Shown piece by piece: positions 27,163 to 40,589 of a DNA stretch of 64,000 nt (its first letter is position 1; each line of letters begins with the position of its first letter). The position numbers and the translations under genes are program-made. The stretch comes from Camelus dromedarius (lineage: Eukaryota): the NCBI RefSeq assembly GCF_036321535.1, contig NC_087436.1, forward strand, positions 54,004,001-54,068,000. Direction: 5' to 3'. The notes beneath the pieces were generated by a model. It saw nothing but the letters and a program-made list of their open reading frames with translations, did no database searches and was not told the origin of the DNA.

Positions 27163-27970
27163 CTGTAAAACAAAGAGTTAAATTAAAAATAAAAGAAAAA
27201 AGAAATGTACCTTACAATTTCAATACAAAACATAACAGAGTTATTTCTTATTTAGTGAGTAAGTAGAAAATAAATCTAAGCAGGGCATTAAATGTCTTTT
27301 TGGAAAAAACAAAACAAAACAAACAAACATGGAAATGGGGGTGGGATGGGGAAAAGAGACAATTATTTTTTAGGAGAAAAAAGATTATTCTCATTGGTAT
27401 CAAATAGAAGCTTAAAGAACTTCTCTGTGTCCTAAAGTTTATGACTATGACATGAAATTTTTTGCCTTCTCTTTCACAAATGACAACTCTGTGTAAGAGA
27501 AGAAAAATAGGAACTAATATTCTATCGGAATTTTCTCAGTTTGAAGCAAGTAAATATATCATTCTGTCAATGGTTTCAAAGTCAACTATTATCAAAGACA
27601 AGCATCTGCAGGACAGTATAATTCTTGGTCACAATGTATAATTCCTAAAGATTAGTACCAGGGTCTCTTTAACGGTATTTCCTATAGTACATAATGTTCT
27701 TCTTTTTCAATTCTGAGTAGTTTGTGTTTTATCTCTCCTTATCCTTTCCATTCAAGAGTACATCAATACACTTCAACATCACAATCAGTGGTCAAATGAT
27801 AGTCAAACATACTTTCTGTTACATACACATCTATGTTAAATAGAACAGTCATTTAACTGTTGCAACATATAAATAGCTTGAAAATACTTTCTAACCCTTA
27901 GATATAGGACTGGAAAGAGATGAAAGAAAGAATATATCTTTCTAACTCTGACTTCCTTACATAAAAGTAC

Positions 27971-28281
27971 AAGTGCTGTCCAAAAGAAATATGAGAGCCA
28001 CAAATGTGAGCCATATATGTAATTTAAATTTACTAGTAGCCACATTAAAAACATTAAAAAGATAATAAATTAACTTTAGTAATATATTTTACTCAGCCCA
28101 ATAAAACAAAAATATGATCATCCCAACACACAATCAATACACAAACTATTAATGAAACATTCTACATTCCCTTCTTTTTAATCAATCTTTGAATTCCAAG
28201 TTACATGTCCGTTTGGACTAACCACACTCAGCTGCTCAACCGCCAAATCTGGCTAGTGGCTGCCATACTGGACAGTGCAGC
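27971..28281. mobile_element. MER33/MER3-like hAT MITE
   Basis: gtgctgtccaaaagaaat...ctagtagccacattaaaaa...ggctagtggctgccatactggacagtgcag. Confidence 0.75.
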
Positions 28282-28466
28282 TACAGAAGCCTAACAAAAG
28301 GGTCAGTAAAAGAAATGGCTGACAAAGGAATTACAGCCATGTAGTTAGTTAGTAATGAAAGATTTTCATTTTCCTAATAAAAGAAGTGAAACTAAGGTCC
28401 TATCCTTATCATTGTTGCCAAATCATATTAGCAAATGAAACAACAGACATCATTTCTTGTGGTAGA

Positions 28467-28493
28467 TACACACACACACCCACACACACACAC
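28467..28493. repeat. Interrupted (CA)n microsatellite
   Basis: acacacacacacccacacacacacac. Confidence 0.85.
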
Positions 28494-29920
28494 CACTTAT
28501 GTAGCAAGGCCTCGTAAATACGAGCTTCATAATTTTGAAAAATTTTAAGGAAATTCGTACTAAAATGAAACAAAATAGTTTTGTTCACTGAAGTTTTGCA
28601 CCATGTCCACTTAGCTTTTTTATACTGTTACATAGATGCAGAAGAGGACCCTATGCTAAGTAGCTAATGAGATGACACAAAATTCTTAAGTCCAGGGTAG
28701 CTAGTCAAATGAGCCAGCAAGTACACTGGTCAGATCTCATTTAACAACCTAATTTCTAAGGTTTTCTTTTCCAATAACATAAATGTAAACTGTTGGCAAT
28801 TTGCATGCGGATGATGTCAGATAAAACTAAATATTGGGATTACAAATCTGAATGTTCAGACCTTCAATACTATACATTTATAGTATATCCCATCCCTAAA
28901 TTGTAAAGCTCAAATAGTTTCTTATTCTAACTGCTGAGTAAATAAAGGCCTTTAAAATATAAATTGTGTATGCTTAGAAAGCTAAGTTTCCTGTCAACAC
29001 ACAGCTATTCAATATTCAAAAAATTAAATAATTCAATAAATTTAATAAAAACTTATTCAAAAACTATGTTCACCAAATTTATTAATGCAATAAATAAGAA
29101 CATAACTAAAATTGAAAGGCAAATTTCCTATTTGTGTTTCAGAGCCACAGTATTTTTCTTCCCTTCCTTTGCTTCCTTTCTTTCTTCTGTTCCCCCCTCC
29201 TGCCCTGCCCTGTTTAGACTGTCTACCACAATGCTATGTGTTACCAAGAGTTGGCTGCTGAGCATAAACTCAATCTCTACATTGGAAATTACATTATTAC
29301 CGAATCTGAGAAGAAAAGCAAGGCACATATAGCAATAGATACCTGAGTTGAAGAGAATTTTATTAAAATATTTTAAATAATCTGAAGGTGCAAAGAAATA
29401 AATGATGCTGTGTTCTTTTACTCTACTAAAACCAGTAAGTTTTTAAAGACATCTTACAAATTATTTAAAATACATATTAGAATATCTGTTAATGCACAAG
29501 TCCATATGAAATGTTTTTTCACAGTAAAGGTAGCTCTTTATAGCTTTATGTTTATGATAGTAAAATAACACTGTTTACTTAAAAATAATTTCTAAAAGGT
29601 TCCTTATCCTAAACTTTCATACCTCTAAATGTAGGCTCATTTTTAACACTTCTCATAATAAGTAACTTCTAACTTGTAAAGAATACTGAGTTGTCCCCTC
29701 TAGAAATATAATTTATACCTTTATTTTCCATAATTATGAGGTATGCAACCACTGGAGAAAGTGCAGCCCCACCAACTCTTTAAGCCCTGCTACCTACATT
29801 CTTTAATGATGGCCTGTCACAAAAAGTAGTTTCCAGTACAAGTATGATCTTTTTTCACACTAAGAGCAGAACTTTAAATCTAAAGAGATACTACTCTTCA
29901 ATAGCCAAAAGCAGGAAGCA

Positions 29921-30017
29921 GATGTCACAAAGGATTATTACTTCTGGTGGGAAATAAGTAGTTTGAGCAGATGGATGCATAAGGAAGGTCTTATTATTAT
30001 ACAAATAATTAGAGGGT
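29921..30017. repeat. Inverted repeat arm 1 (partner 30934-31034)
   Basis: 66 bp perfect reverse-complement match, then a 4-nt indel and 3 substitutions. Confidence 0.95.
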
Positions 30018-30699
30018 GAGAGGAAGATATATAAAGTATATATGTAGGCATAATTCTTTTAAAATAGGTTTCTAGAATTTGTGTTTGCTACTGAGAATTT
30101 CTGAGAAGAAATATGAAAAAGGTGATATTTAAACTGCAAAAGTAGAAGGTAGCATGAAAATTGTAGATTTTAGATTGTAAAAATAGATTAGTATTAAAAA
30201 AATTAATTTTAGATAAAATTTGCTATTGCAGATTGGGGGCAATAGCATCCATCATCAAGCTGCTTCCCCAAGTTTCCTCCTTAGTCATGTCAAAGATTTA
30301 AGCCTTCTAAATTCTCTTTTTTGTGGAAAGCTGGCAATGATAAAAAGATATTTAAAAAATAATGTGTTTGCTGATATTATTATATAATATTATTATATAA
30401 TATCAGCATGAATATTAAAAAGTTCCAAATTGTGCCTATCCAGTCATATTATTACATAGGCTTGATAGTCATTTTCTACTAGCTATTTGGCTCTTTTTCC
30501 ATTTTTTTTTCAAATTCTAGTATCTATGTATGCATCCATTTATCTCTCTTTCTCTCTCCCCATCCTTAACTTCAACTGTTATTTCTTCCCTGTAAATGCT
30601 GTATACTCTTGATACTAAATTAACTGTCATTGAGAGTACAGAAAAATCAACTGTCAGCAAAGACCTGCTCCTGTATATTCTGGAATAGGTTAAACCTCA

Positions 30700-30930
30700 C
30701 TCATCAGATTTAAAAATCTAATATGCCAGTGGTAGTGAAGAGGTGAAGCCATAGGAACTCACACCTGCTGGAGGGAATGTACACTGGCTTTGGACACCTG
30801 TTTATCATTATCTAAAAAAGTGGAAGATGTACAGATTCTATGAACCAACAATATCATTTATGTGCTATAAATAATAGCCCAAACCTAAAAACAACCCAAG
30901 TAATAGCAAAAGGATAGACAAATAATTATG
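30700..30930 (+). mobile_element. Old L1M ORF2 3' remnant
   Basis: gaactcacacctgctggagggaatgtacactgg...ctatgaaccaacaat...aatagcccaaacctaaaaacaacccaag. Confidence 0.55.
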
Positions 30931-30933
30931 ATT

Positions 30934-31034
30934 ACCCTCTAATTGTTTGTGTAATAATAAGATCTTCATTCCTTATGCATCCATCTGCTCAAACTACTTA
31001 TTTCCCACCAGAAGTAATAATCCTTTGTGACATC
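30934..31034. repeat. Inverted repeat arm 2 (partner 29921-30017)
   Basis: Reverse complement reads gatgtcacaaaggattattacttctggtggg... Confidence 0.95.
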
Positions 31035-33918
31035 AGGAGTGGTTTCTGTGGTGATGATTATGAGGTAGCACCTTAGAAAATTGTATCTATACAAGAGGAA
31101 TAAACTGCAGGAGCTGATCACACTAATAAGCTTTCATCTAAATTTTGTTAAAAATTAACACTGAGAAACATGAGAAAATTACATGTTGTGGAGATACTAT
31201 TGAACGAATACCTTTTGTGTTTTCAAAGAAGTTTTAGTGACTTAAAGAGTTCATCTTTAACATGTTACACTGTCATGGATTTGTGCACTGCTTCACTGTG
31301 TTTTGTGTAAGAGCATCCTGCACAAACATGCTGCAATTGTTAATTAATGATGCTGGCTCTGCACAGGCTGCACACACACATTACAGTAAGTGCTAGAGTG
31401 TTTGGCATTAATAAGATGGTATGCAGCACAGAGCTACAAAGGTTTTCCAGGGTTACCAATAGCCAAAATTAAAGCTACGGCACTGAGCAGATAGATACAA
31501 ATGACTTTCACTGTAAATGTACTTAAGAAATGATAAGTAAATTAAGAAGATAAATTTTAAATCATATTTCTTTTTCCTCATGTTTCAACTCAGACTTTGC
31601 TTAAAGAAATCATGATGATTAAATACTAGCGTTCAGAACTAAAACTTGGGAAATCTGAATTCTAATTCAATGTTCCCTCATTAAATACAAAAAAGGTATA
31701 TTGAAATACCTTTGCCATTTTGTTCAAAAAGACAGTAACACTGTCTTGGTGTCAATCAAGAATCTTTTTTAAAGATTCATTTCTGAAAAGTCCTTTGGTA
31801 TCTTACCCCCCAAATATCTTTTTAGGGTATCCATGAATTTAAATACTAAGACCAATCTACATTAAACAGCAGCTGTCCAAAATGCCTGCTAAATAGAAGT
31901 TTTTAGACAAAACCTATTACACATATAACTGGTTAAGAGATTAAAAAGGCACAGTACAATAACACAATTTTCATATCCATATCAAAACTCATGAAGAGTC
32001 ACACATCCGTTCACTGAGATCCATTTTGATAGTGAGAAATTTCCAAATCTTTGAGAAAATGTGCTTTAACTAACAATAATTAGAACCACAGCAAAGAATG
32101 AACAAATTGTACAATCTTTAACTTTGTAAAAATTATAGGCCTTATAAGCAAAGACAAGCCTTTAAACTATGCTGCACATCTTTTCACACATTCCTGTCAC
32201 ACTACCCACCATGACCCATCCAAATAGTCAAAACTTTTAAAGCCCCTCCCTTTTCCAATTTCTGTACTCTTAACAGAAACCATGCTTCCTACTTTACAGA
32301 GAAAAAAGATGACATCAGATACAATCTTCCTCACTTTTTCACCCTCTTCACTGTCAGACCTAGTATCAGATGCATTTTTTCCCCAATCACTTTCAGTATC
32401 TCATACTGTAATTAAAACTCAATATAGCTAATTAAGGCTAAAGAAAAGAAAATGAGAAGATTTATTTTCAACAGAAGGTAAGACTTTCTTCTTTGAGTAA
32501 ACAAAGTTGTAGACACACCAAAGATGCAAACCCAAATGGAAAAAACATTTAACAATGAAATACTAGAACTAGTCCTGGTGGTTGGAGCAGGAATTAGATT
32601 TCTTTGTTACCTAAAATTTGACATGTTAAACTTAAGAATTTCAAGTAGGTAAAGTAGAAGCTTTTAATATTTAAAAACTAATTATCATTGAGGTAATGAC
32701 TTATGAAATAACTATAATAAGGTCTTTAAATTTGGAGTTTTGTAAAGTTTGACCATAAGAAAGCCTCTTAACCTCTGTTGATGTCAAATTCCAATCTGGA
32801 AAAGGGGGGAGGGGGGAGCAGGAGCACAATACTGCTGAACTTCTTTTTAGCTTGACATGACTTCAATTTCTACTTTGTCCATGTTGTGCACACAGGAGTA
32901 CTTATATGCTGTGTAGGGTTTTTTAATGTGTTAAATTCTGCTGCTTCAGCTTTCTATATAATTCAGGTACTATCTTTATTTTTCCCAAGTAAATATTACT
33001 AGAAACTACAAAGACTGATGGCAAATAAAAATTCTTTTTACAAGCTAAGCTGGAAAGCTGAGCTCTGAAAGATTATACTGTCTAGAAATAATAATTTTTG
33101 ATGTGCTTTTTCTTAGTGAACAGAAAGGTGATTCAGAATAGATGTTTAAAGTCAAAACAATTATAACTTAAGTCCTTACTAGTGTTAGCTTGGAAAAAAG
33201 TGATAGCATTACAAAGATGCCACAATAAAATTTATTTTAATCACATTCATCATTTTTTCCCCTTCAAACTCCACTATTATGCCACTTTTTAACCTCTAAA
33301 AATAAATACTTTATTATAATAAGATTTGAAAATGTGTAACATATACCAAGCAAGGATTTAAAAACAATAGGCAACATAAATTAGATTCATTTTAAATGCA
33401 GGGACACGAAAACTATTCTGAGACTTTTTAGTCAATACTAAGCTATAACTGAGAATAGAATCCTAGATTTGAATCTTCAAAAAGCCCATTAAGTTTTCAC
33501 TGAATGCCAGTCACATGTGAAATTCAGATGTCTTAGAAAGCTAAATGAAAAATATTATCGAAAATCCCCAAACTATAACATTGCTGAGTTAAGGAAATGA
33601 TTTAATTTCTTAGTTTACCAGAATTTTGCAAGAATAATGCTCCAAATGAGGAGTAAACAGGATGGAGTTTGTAAACATTTTCATTAAAATGTGATTTTTA
33701 GAAACATTACTGGCTATCTTTAAATTTGCCTGAATTGAAAAGGAATCAAATATCAAAATTCTTCCTATAAATTTAAAACACAAATGTATGACACAGAGGT
33801 TTACTCGTGAGTACATTCTTAGCCTGCCTTTTAGGCTCATTAGTTTAGTATCTTTACCTGTTTGAAATAATGCTAGTGATATAGGAGTATGCTTTTGAGG
33901 CACAGACATGATCATTCC

Positions 33919-34404
33919 TGTTTACTGAACTGTGTCTCCCAAAAATATATGTTCAAATTCTAACTTCCAGTACTTTAGACTTTATTTGGAAATAGGATCA
34001 CTGCAGAGAGATCAGTTAAGATGAGTATGGAGTAGGGTCCAATGTAACTGGTATTCTTATAAAAAGAAAAGAGAGATGCAGAGAGAATGCCATGTGAAGA
34101 TATGAAAACACAAAAGGGGAAGACAGCCATGTGAATGAAGGCAGCAGACACTGGAATTTGCTGCTACAAGGAATTTCTGATGCCACCAGGAGCTTGGAAG
34201 AGCCAGGAAAAAAAAAGGGGGGGGATGCCTCTTTGCTTACAGGTTTAAAGGGAGCATGGTCCTACTGATACTTGATTTTGGATACAGCCTCCACAACCGT
34301 AAAATAATAAATTTCTATTGTTTTAAGCCACTCTGTTGTCTTAAGACATTCTGTTGCTTTAGGTTTGTGGTACTTTGTTACAGGAGCACTAGGAAACTAA
34401 CACA
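33919..34404 (+). mobile_element. MLT1 (ERVL-MaLR) solo LTR, MLT1C-like
   Basis: tg...ca termini, gccatgtgaag motifs, aataaatttctattgttttaagcca, ggaaactaacaca end. Confidence 0.8.
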
Positions 34405-34959
34405 CTCCTCTACATAAACAACGTGAAATATATTCCTACTAAAAAAAAAAAAAGAATATTTGACATTAAGTAAGCCTTAAATATATATTCAGATTTTATA
34501 CATCTCACAGAACTTTTACAGTTTTCAGTTTACTAATAATAACATATCTCAAGTATGATTAATATAGGACATTAATTACTTAATCAATAATATAAGACAT
34601 TTAATTATTTAATCAATATATGGTTTTAATTATTTGTTTATTTATTTAATTATCTAGTCACATGTAGCAACTATGATATGGGTATAACCAAAGGAAAATT
34701 ACAGCTTCTTTCCTAATTAATCTATCTCTGAATTTTTTTTCTACTTAGCACCAAAATTTTTAGAAATGGGCTTTTCCTTTATAGACTAAAAAACAATAGT
34801 GATGGATGTTCTGCATAGTGCTTGTCAATAGCACTCTATTTTGGGGAAAGGAACCAGAGATGGAGAGAATCTCCTTGTGGTACAGGCATGCATGAATGGC
34901 TAAAGGCTGAAGAGAAAGCAGGAACACCATAAAGAGTCCTCCAGCACCCTTACTCTAAG

Positions 34960-36330
34960 CACAGAATAAGAACAGCCCACTATTAAAGTTTTGAAAACTA
35001 CAGCACTGAAATAAAGTTATCAAAAGCAAAACATGAACCCAGCTCAACTTATGACTAGATTGGCTGGAAGTACATCCCTTACTAACTGCCTGAAATAAAA
35101 GGAAGTATGCTTATTTATAGTGATTAAATATTGTTAATCTCTACCATTTTTTCCACAATGTCCAGCATTTGATAAAAAATTAAGAGATGCATTTTTGAAA
35201 GAGGAAAAAAAAACAAAACAAAAAACCACAGTCAAGAGGTAAATCAATCATTAGAATGAGACTCACAGGTGACCCAGATGTTAGAATTAACAGAGACTTT
35301 AAAATCCATGAACAGATGTGGAATTTTGCAGAGAAATGGCAACTATAAGAGTTAAATGGAGATGCCAGAAATGAAAGATAATATCAAAGATGAATTATTT
35401 CAAAAGGCTGAACAGTAGACTCAATAAAACCAGAGACTCAGGGAACTTGTAGATCAATAGAAACAATAAAAATTAAAACAAAAAAAGACAAAAAGAGGGG
35501 GGAAACCCCAAAGAACCTAAGAACTGAGAGAAAATAGCAAATGATCTAACATAGGTGTAATTGGAATCTCAGAAAGAGAAGCAATTGAGAACAGCGTAGA
35601 AGAGATATTTAAAGAGTTAACAGCTGAGAATTTTCCAAAAATAATGAAAGACATCATGCTACAAATCTAAAAAGTTTAGGGGCCACCTTTACCCCCCAGC
35701 AAAGAAAACAAAACAAAAACAGACCAAAAAGCCAAGCTGCTGAAAAATTAAAAAAAAAAAAAAAAAGAGAGAGAATCTTTTATAGGCAGCCAGAGTGGGG
35801 GAAAATTTATATTTGGAATAGCAAAACTAAAATACAGCAGAATTCTCATCTAAAACTATGCAAGCTAGAAAACAATGTAAAAACACCTCTTAAGTATTAA
35901 AAGAAAAAAAAAAAGCCTGTTAAACAAATTTTTTTCAGGCAGAAAGTGTACAATACTAGACAAAAATTTGAATCTACCCAAAGAAATGAGGGAGAGTAAA
36001 AATGATAAAAATCAAAGTAAATATAAAAAGTTTTTCTCCTGTTTTTAAAAATAACTGACTGTCTAAAGTATAAATAACAACAATATATTGCAGGGTTTCT
36101 AACATATGTAAAAACGAAATATATGATTATAATAGCACAAAGGATGGGACAGTGGAATTGGAAGTACACAGTTATAAAGATTATTAAACCATATGTGATA
36201 TAATATTTGATGGTAAACTCTGATAAGTTAAAGATATATATGGGTTACCACTAAAAATTTTTTTAAATGTATAAAAAGCCAATAATGAAGATAAATGCGA
36301 GAAATAAAAATTACTCAATTTACCCAAGGA
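34960..36330 (+). mobile_element. Old L1M ORF1/inter-ORF remnant
   Basis: ataggtgtaattggaatctcagaaagagaa...agctgagaattttccaaaaataatgaaagacatca, A-rich. Confidence 0.65.
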
Positions 36331-37149
36331 AAAATGACACATTCAATTATAGAACAGATACTTATTAATATTAACTTAGCCTTTATGTCAGGCAAAGTGG
36401 ATATAAACAGGAGTACAAGAAGGCCTTACTTTTACAGAGTTTCTATTTCAGTGAGGAAGATAGAACAGTAAACAAAATAAAAGCTTCAATACAGTTTTTT
36501 TTTTATAGGGTGTTATGGAAGCACAGAGAAGAGAATATATACCTCTCTAGAGAAACAGATGGAGGAAAAATGAGAAAGTAGGTTTAAATAAAACTTCACA
36601 GAAATTAAATTGTTCGTGATAAACATAAGCATATTCACCTAAGATCTATAAATTATGAATCCATAATAACAGGTAGATTTATACAGTAAAATTAAAGTTT
36701 TCTTTTGCTCATCTGTAATTAAATTAAATCTTATTTAATAGGAGTAATAGTTCCTTAAACTACTGATTAATGATATAAATTACATACTCAGTTTAACTAA
36801 AGTATTTTAAGACCTGGGGCCAAAATAGCATCGATTCTGACTGTTTCAGGGATATCTATGATGCTTCACATACTGAGGTAGGTTTGGACAATACAAAGAT
36901 AAATAATTCACAGTTCAGGAGAGAAAAGCATGAATAAAAATATTTAAGCAGTAAAAACAATTAAGTTTTCAGAGTACAATGAAAGCACAAATAAATAAAT
37001 TTTACCCAGAAGGGTTAGAAAAAGATTCATGCTCATGGTTCACAGAATGTCTTTCAAGTCCTTACTGGCATTTATTATGTGTATTAAAAACAAAAAAAAA
37101 ACTATGTACTGTTTTGTTTAGATTCTGACTGGATTCCCTTCCTTACCAA

Positions 37150-37680
37150 CTCTATTGAGGAAAAATTTATGTAAAATAAGCTACATAGATTTAAAATATA
37201 TAATCAATGAGTTTTGACAACTCTGTCCACCCTAGAAACTACCAATACCATCAAGATACAAAGCATTTCATCACAATCAAAAGATTCCTCATGTCCCTTT
37301 GCAGGCCATCTTTCCCTCCACCCTGGCCCAAACAACCACTGTTTTCTGTCACTTTAAATTAGTTTGCATTAGACATATATTCATATAGTATGGATATAGT
37401 ATGTATTCTTTTATGTCTAGGTTCTTTATCTCAGCCTAATGCTTTTGAGATTCATACACAGTTTCAGGAATGCAAGTGGTTTATTCTTTACTGCTGAACA
37501 ATATTCCATTGTGTGTCTCAATTTTTTAAAAATCTGTTCACCTACATTGGTAAGACATTTGGGATGGTTCTAGTTTGGACCTACTGTGAATATGGCTGCA
37601 CTGAATGTTGATGTACAAGTTTTTGGTTAAATATCTGGAAATTGAATAGCTGGATCTTATAGTAGATGTATGTTTATGAG
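37150..37680 (-). mobile_element. Old L1M 3' end remnant
   Basis: aatgagttttgacaa...ttttgagattcatacac...tgctgaacaatattccattgt...gctgcactgaatgtt, antisense L1 3' pattern. Confidence 0.7.
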
Positions 37681-37755
37681 TATATGGTTATTGAGCACTA
37701 TTACAGTTAAAAGAATGTGATGTGCCACTGAAAAGTTATATTTAAGAAGTTCTCA

Positions 37756-38651
37756 GAGAAATGCAAATCAAAACTACAATGAGGTATCACCTCACACCAC
37801 TCAGAATGGCCAACATAAAAAAGTCCACAAACAATAAATGCTGGAGAGAGTGCGCAGAAAAGGGGACCCAGCTACACTGCTGGTGGGAATGTAGTTTGGT
37901 GCAGCCATTATGGAAAATGGTATGGAGATTCCTCAAAAAACTAAAAATAGACTAAAAAACTTACCATGTGATCCAGCAATCCCACTGCTTGGTATATATC
38001 TGGAGGGAACTCTAATTCAAAAAGATACACGCACCCCAATGTTCACAGCAGCACCATATACAATAGCCAAGACATGGAAGCAATCTAAATGTCCATCAAC
38101 AGATGACTGGATAAAGAAGTTGAGGTATATTTATACAATGGAATACTACTCAGTCATAAAAAGGAAACAAACAATGCCATTTGCAGCAACATCGATGGAC
38201 CTAGAGATTGTCATTCTAAGTGGTCATTCTAAGTGAAGTAAGCCAGAAAGACAAAGAAAAATACCATATGATATCACTCATATATGGAATCTAAAAAAAA
38301 AAAAGAAAAAAGAAAAAAAAAAGAAAAAGGAAAATGAGGACACTAATGATCTCATCTACAAAACAGAAACAGATCCCAATATAGTAAACAATCTTATGGT
38401 TACTGGGGGAAAGAGGGTGGGAAGGGATAAATCTGGGAGTTTGAAAAATGTTAGCCACTATATATAAAAACAGATTTTAAAAAATTTCTTATGTATAGTA
38501 CACGGAACTAATATTCAATATTTTATAATAACCTTTAATGAAAAAGAATATGAAGATGAATATATGTATGTATATGTATGATTGGGACATTATCCTGTAT
38601 ACCAGAAATTGATACATTGTAACTGACTGTACTTCAATAAAATATTTTTTT
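37756..38651 (+). mobile_element. Young 5'-truncated L1 (ORF2 C-terminus plus 3' UTR), camelid-like
   Basis: ORFs 37761..37955 and 37910..38236 give [13 protein letters not shown]...WWEC.LVQPLW, DPAIPLLGIY, KCPSTDDWIKK; AATAAA end; TSD aagttctca at 37747-37755 and 38652-38660. Confidence 0.92.
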
Positions 38652-40129
38652 AAGTTCTCAAATACTGTAAAAATCAGAAATTCTCAAAAGAAAGGACAAC
38701 GTATGTATTCCTGAGCATAAGAGGTACTTAAATAAATGTATATTAAATTGAAGTGAAACCTTAGCCTCAGATCTAGGTAAGCATAGGGCTTCTCCTCCAA
38801 AATCAATGTATACACTATAGAAAAGCATTAGCCTCATTAGCTTTTAATGTATAACTCTCCTAATTAATTTTACAATATGTAGTAGACCTTCATGCAAGAA
38901 TGAGACAATTGATTCCATGCTCAGAAATCATTAAATATTTTCACCTAGCGGCTTGGTTGTTAGTCAGTCAATTTTAACATCAAATTACTTTTAAAAAATT
39001 GCCTGATTTTCATTCAGTTTTGGCTTCATGAAATATATATCAATCTGAAAAATAATTTGGTATATCTTCATTTCTTCCTTTTATTATAAAGCACCTATAC
39101 AATACTGATCTGGTCTAATAAAGATTAGGTGATACAAATAACATATATTAAATACTTAACTGAGCCATATATTATGTGGAAGAAAGAGAGAGAAAAAAAA
39201 CAACCATCACCTGGTTTTCACTTAAATAACAAGCTGTCCAAAGAAAAGAACGTGTTCTTTTATCACTGCTTATTTTAGGAAGGTTTTTCAGGTTACTCAG
39301 GAGCTTTTTTTGCTGCTAATTTGACATGTTATTATGGTTTTGCTGCTTTAAACTCAGATTTATTTATTTTGGAGCACAGTATGAGAAATAATTCTATGTT
39401 AGAGAGCTACTAAATAGAAAAGCTCACTTTGCTATAGCAATAAATTAGAGAAATTTAAAAGTGTGTATCAATCAGCAACAGTTGAATAAAACTGAATTTA
39501 AAATATTTATTAAGATATGTAAGAAAAGAATTTATTTAAGCAAATTAGTAAGAACAGTATAATTTTAATTTTTATTATCTATATGCCTTGTGTGCAGAAA
39601 AAATAGTATAAAGCAGTAGATATTTGTCTGAAAACTTGAAGAGTTTACCTATGGTTTTCTAGCTGATTTATCAAGAATAGTAAAACTCTCAGATTTTTAA
39701 CTGTATTTCCTTAGTTTTACTAAAAATCCTGATCAAGTCCAAACGTTCTTTATTTCCCAATAAATAAAAAGAGAAGTCAGTATTTCACACACTCTACATT
39801 TAGTGGAAGTGACAAGAACAAAGGCTCAAGCATGATAAAGCATGTACACACACATACTTTTTTACATGAAGTTCTCAAATTTGGAAAAATGTGAAAAGCT
39901 TTTCCTTAATCACTTGGTTCTGCTCCACCTTCTTGCAAATGAGGTAAATTTTACTTTTGTGACTAATAACAGATTAAACAAAATATAGGTTTAGGATTAG
40001 CTTTTAGTAAGATTATTACAATATATTCCTGTATCTGCAATTCTAAGAGCTGAACAATGAATATTGAACCATAAAGGTACTGGATGAAGTACTGACATAT
40101 TTATCAAAGTGATAACTTCTTCAGTTATA

Positions 40130-40290
40130 GTACTTAGAGAAAATGAATTAGAGACATGAATTATAGTTCAAACTATCACCAATTTAGTTGTTGATCCTGA
40201 AAAGTCATTTGAACTCTCAGGCCTCAGTTTCCTTATCTGTAAAATTTGGAAGGGGTGGATTAGATGACTTCTAAAAGTCCATTCTATTTA
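40130..40290 (+). mobile_element. MIR remnant
   Basis: aagtcatttgaactctcaggcctcagtttccttatctgtaaaat MIR core. Confidence 0.7.
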
Positions 40291-40589
40291 AAAATTTTAT
40301 AAAGTCTAGGTGGCTTATTTCTCTTAAGCTTTCTCATTTTTCATAGTTCCTTGAATCTACATATTCTATCCAAGTAACATCTGAACATTTTGCTAACATG
40401 AGAAATTATTTAAAATTGTTGAATGTTTATCCCCAAAGCGTGTAAGAATATGAAGATACAGAAATTGCTCGCCTGCCATTTTTATACTGCATATCTCTAT
40501 TAAGAAACTCAGATTTACTACTGTCACCAGCAAAATAAAATAAAATAAAACTAAGCAGCAATCACAAAACTCAGAAAAACACAACAAAA

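Noticed and set aside
28511..28524. Small hairpin ctcgta-aa-tacgag
   Set aside because: Too short to be significant
37761..38236. ORFs with clear protein similarity
   Set aside because: Frameshifted L1 ORF2 C-terminus, not a host gene
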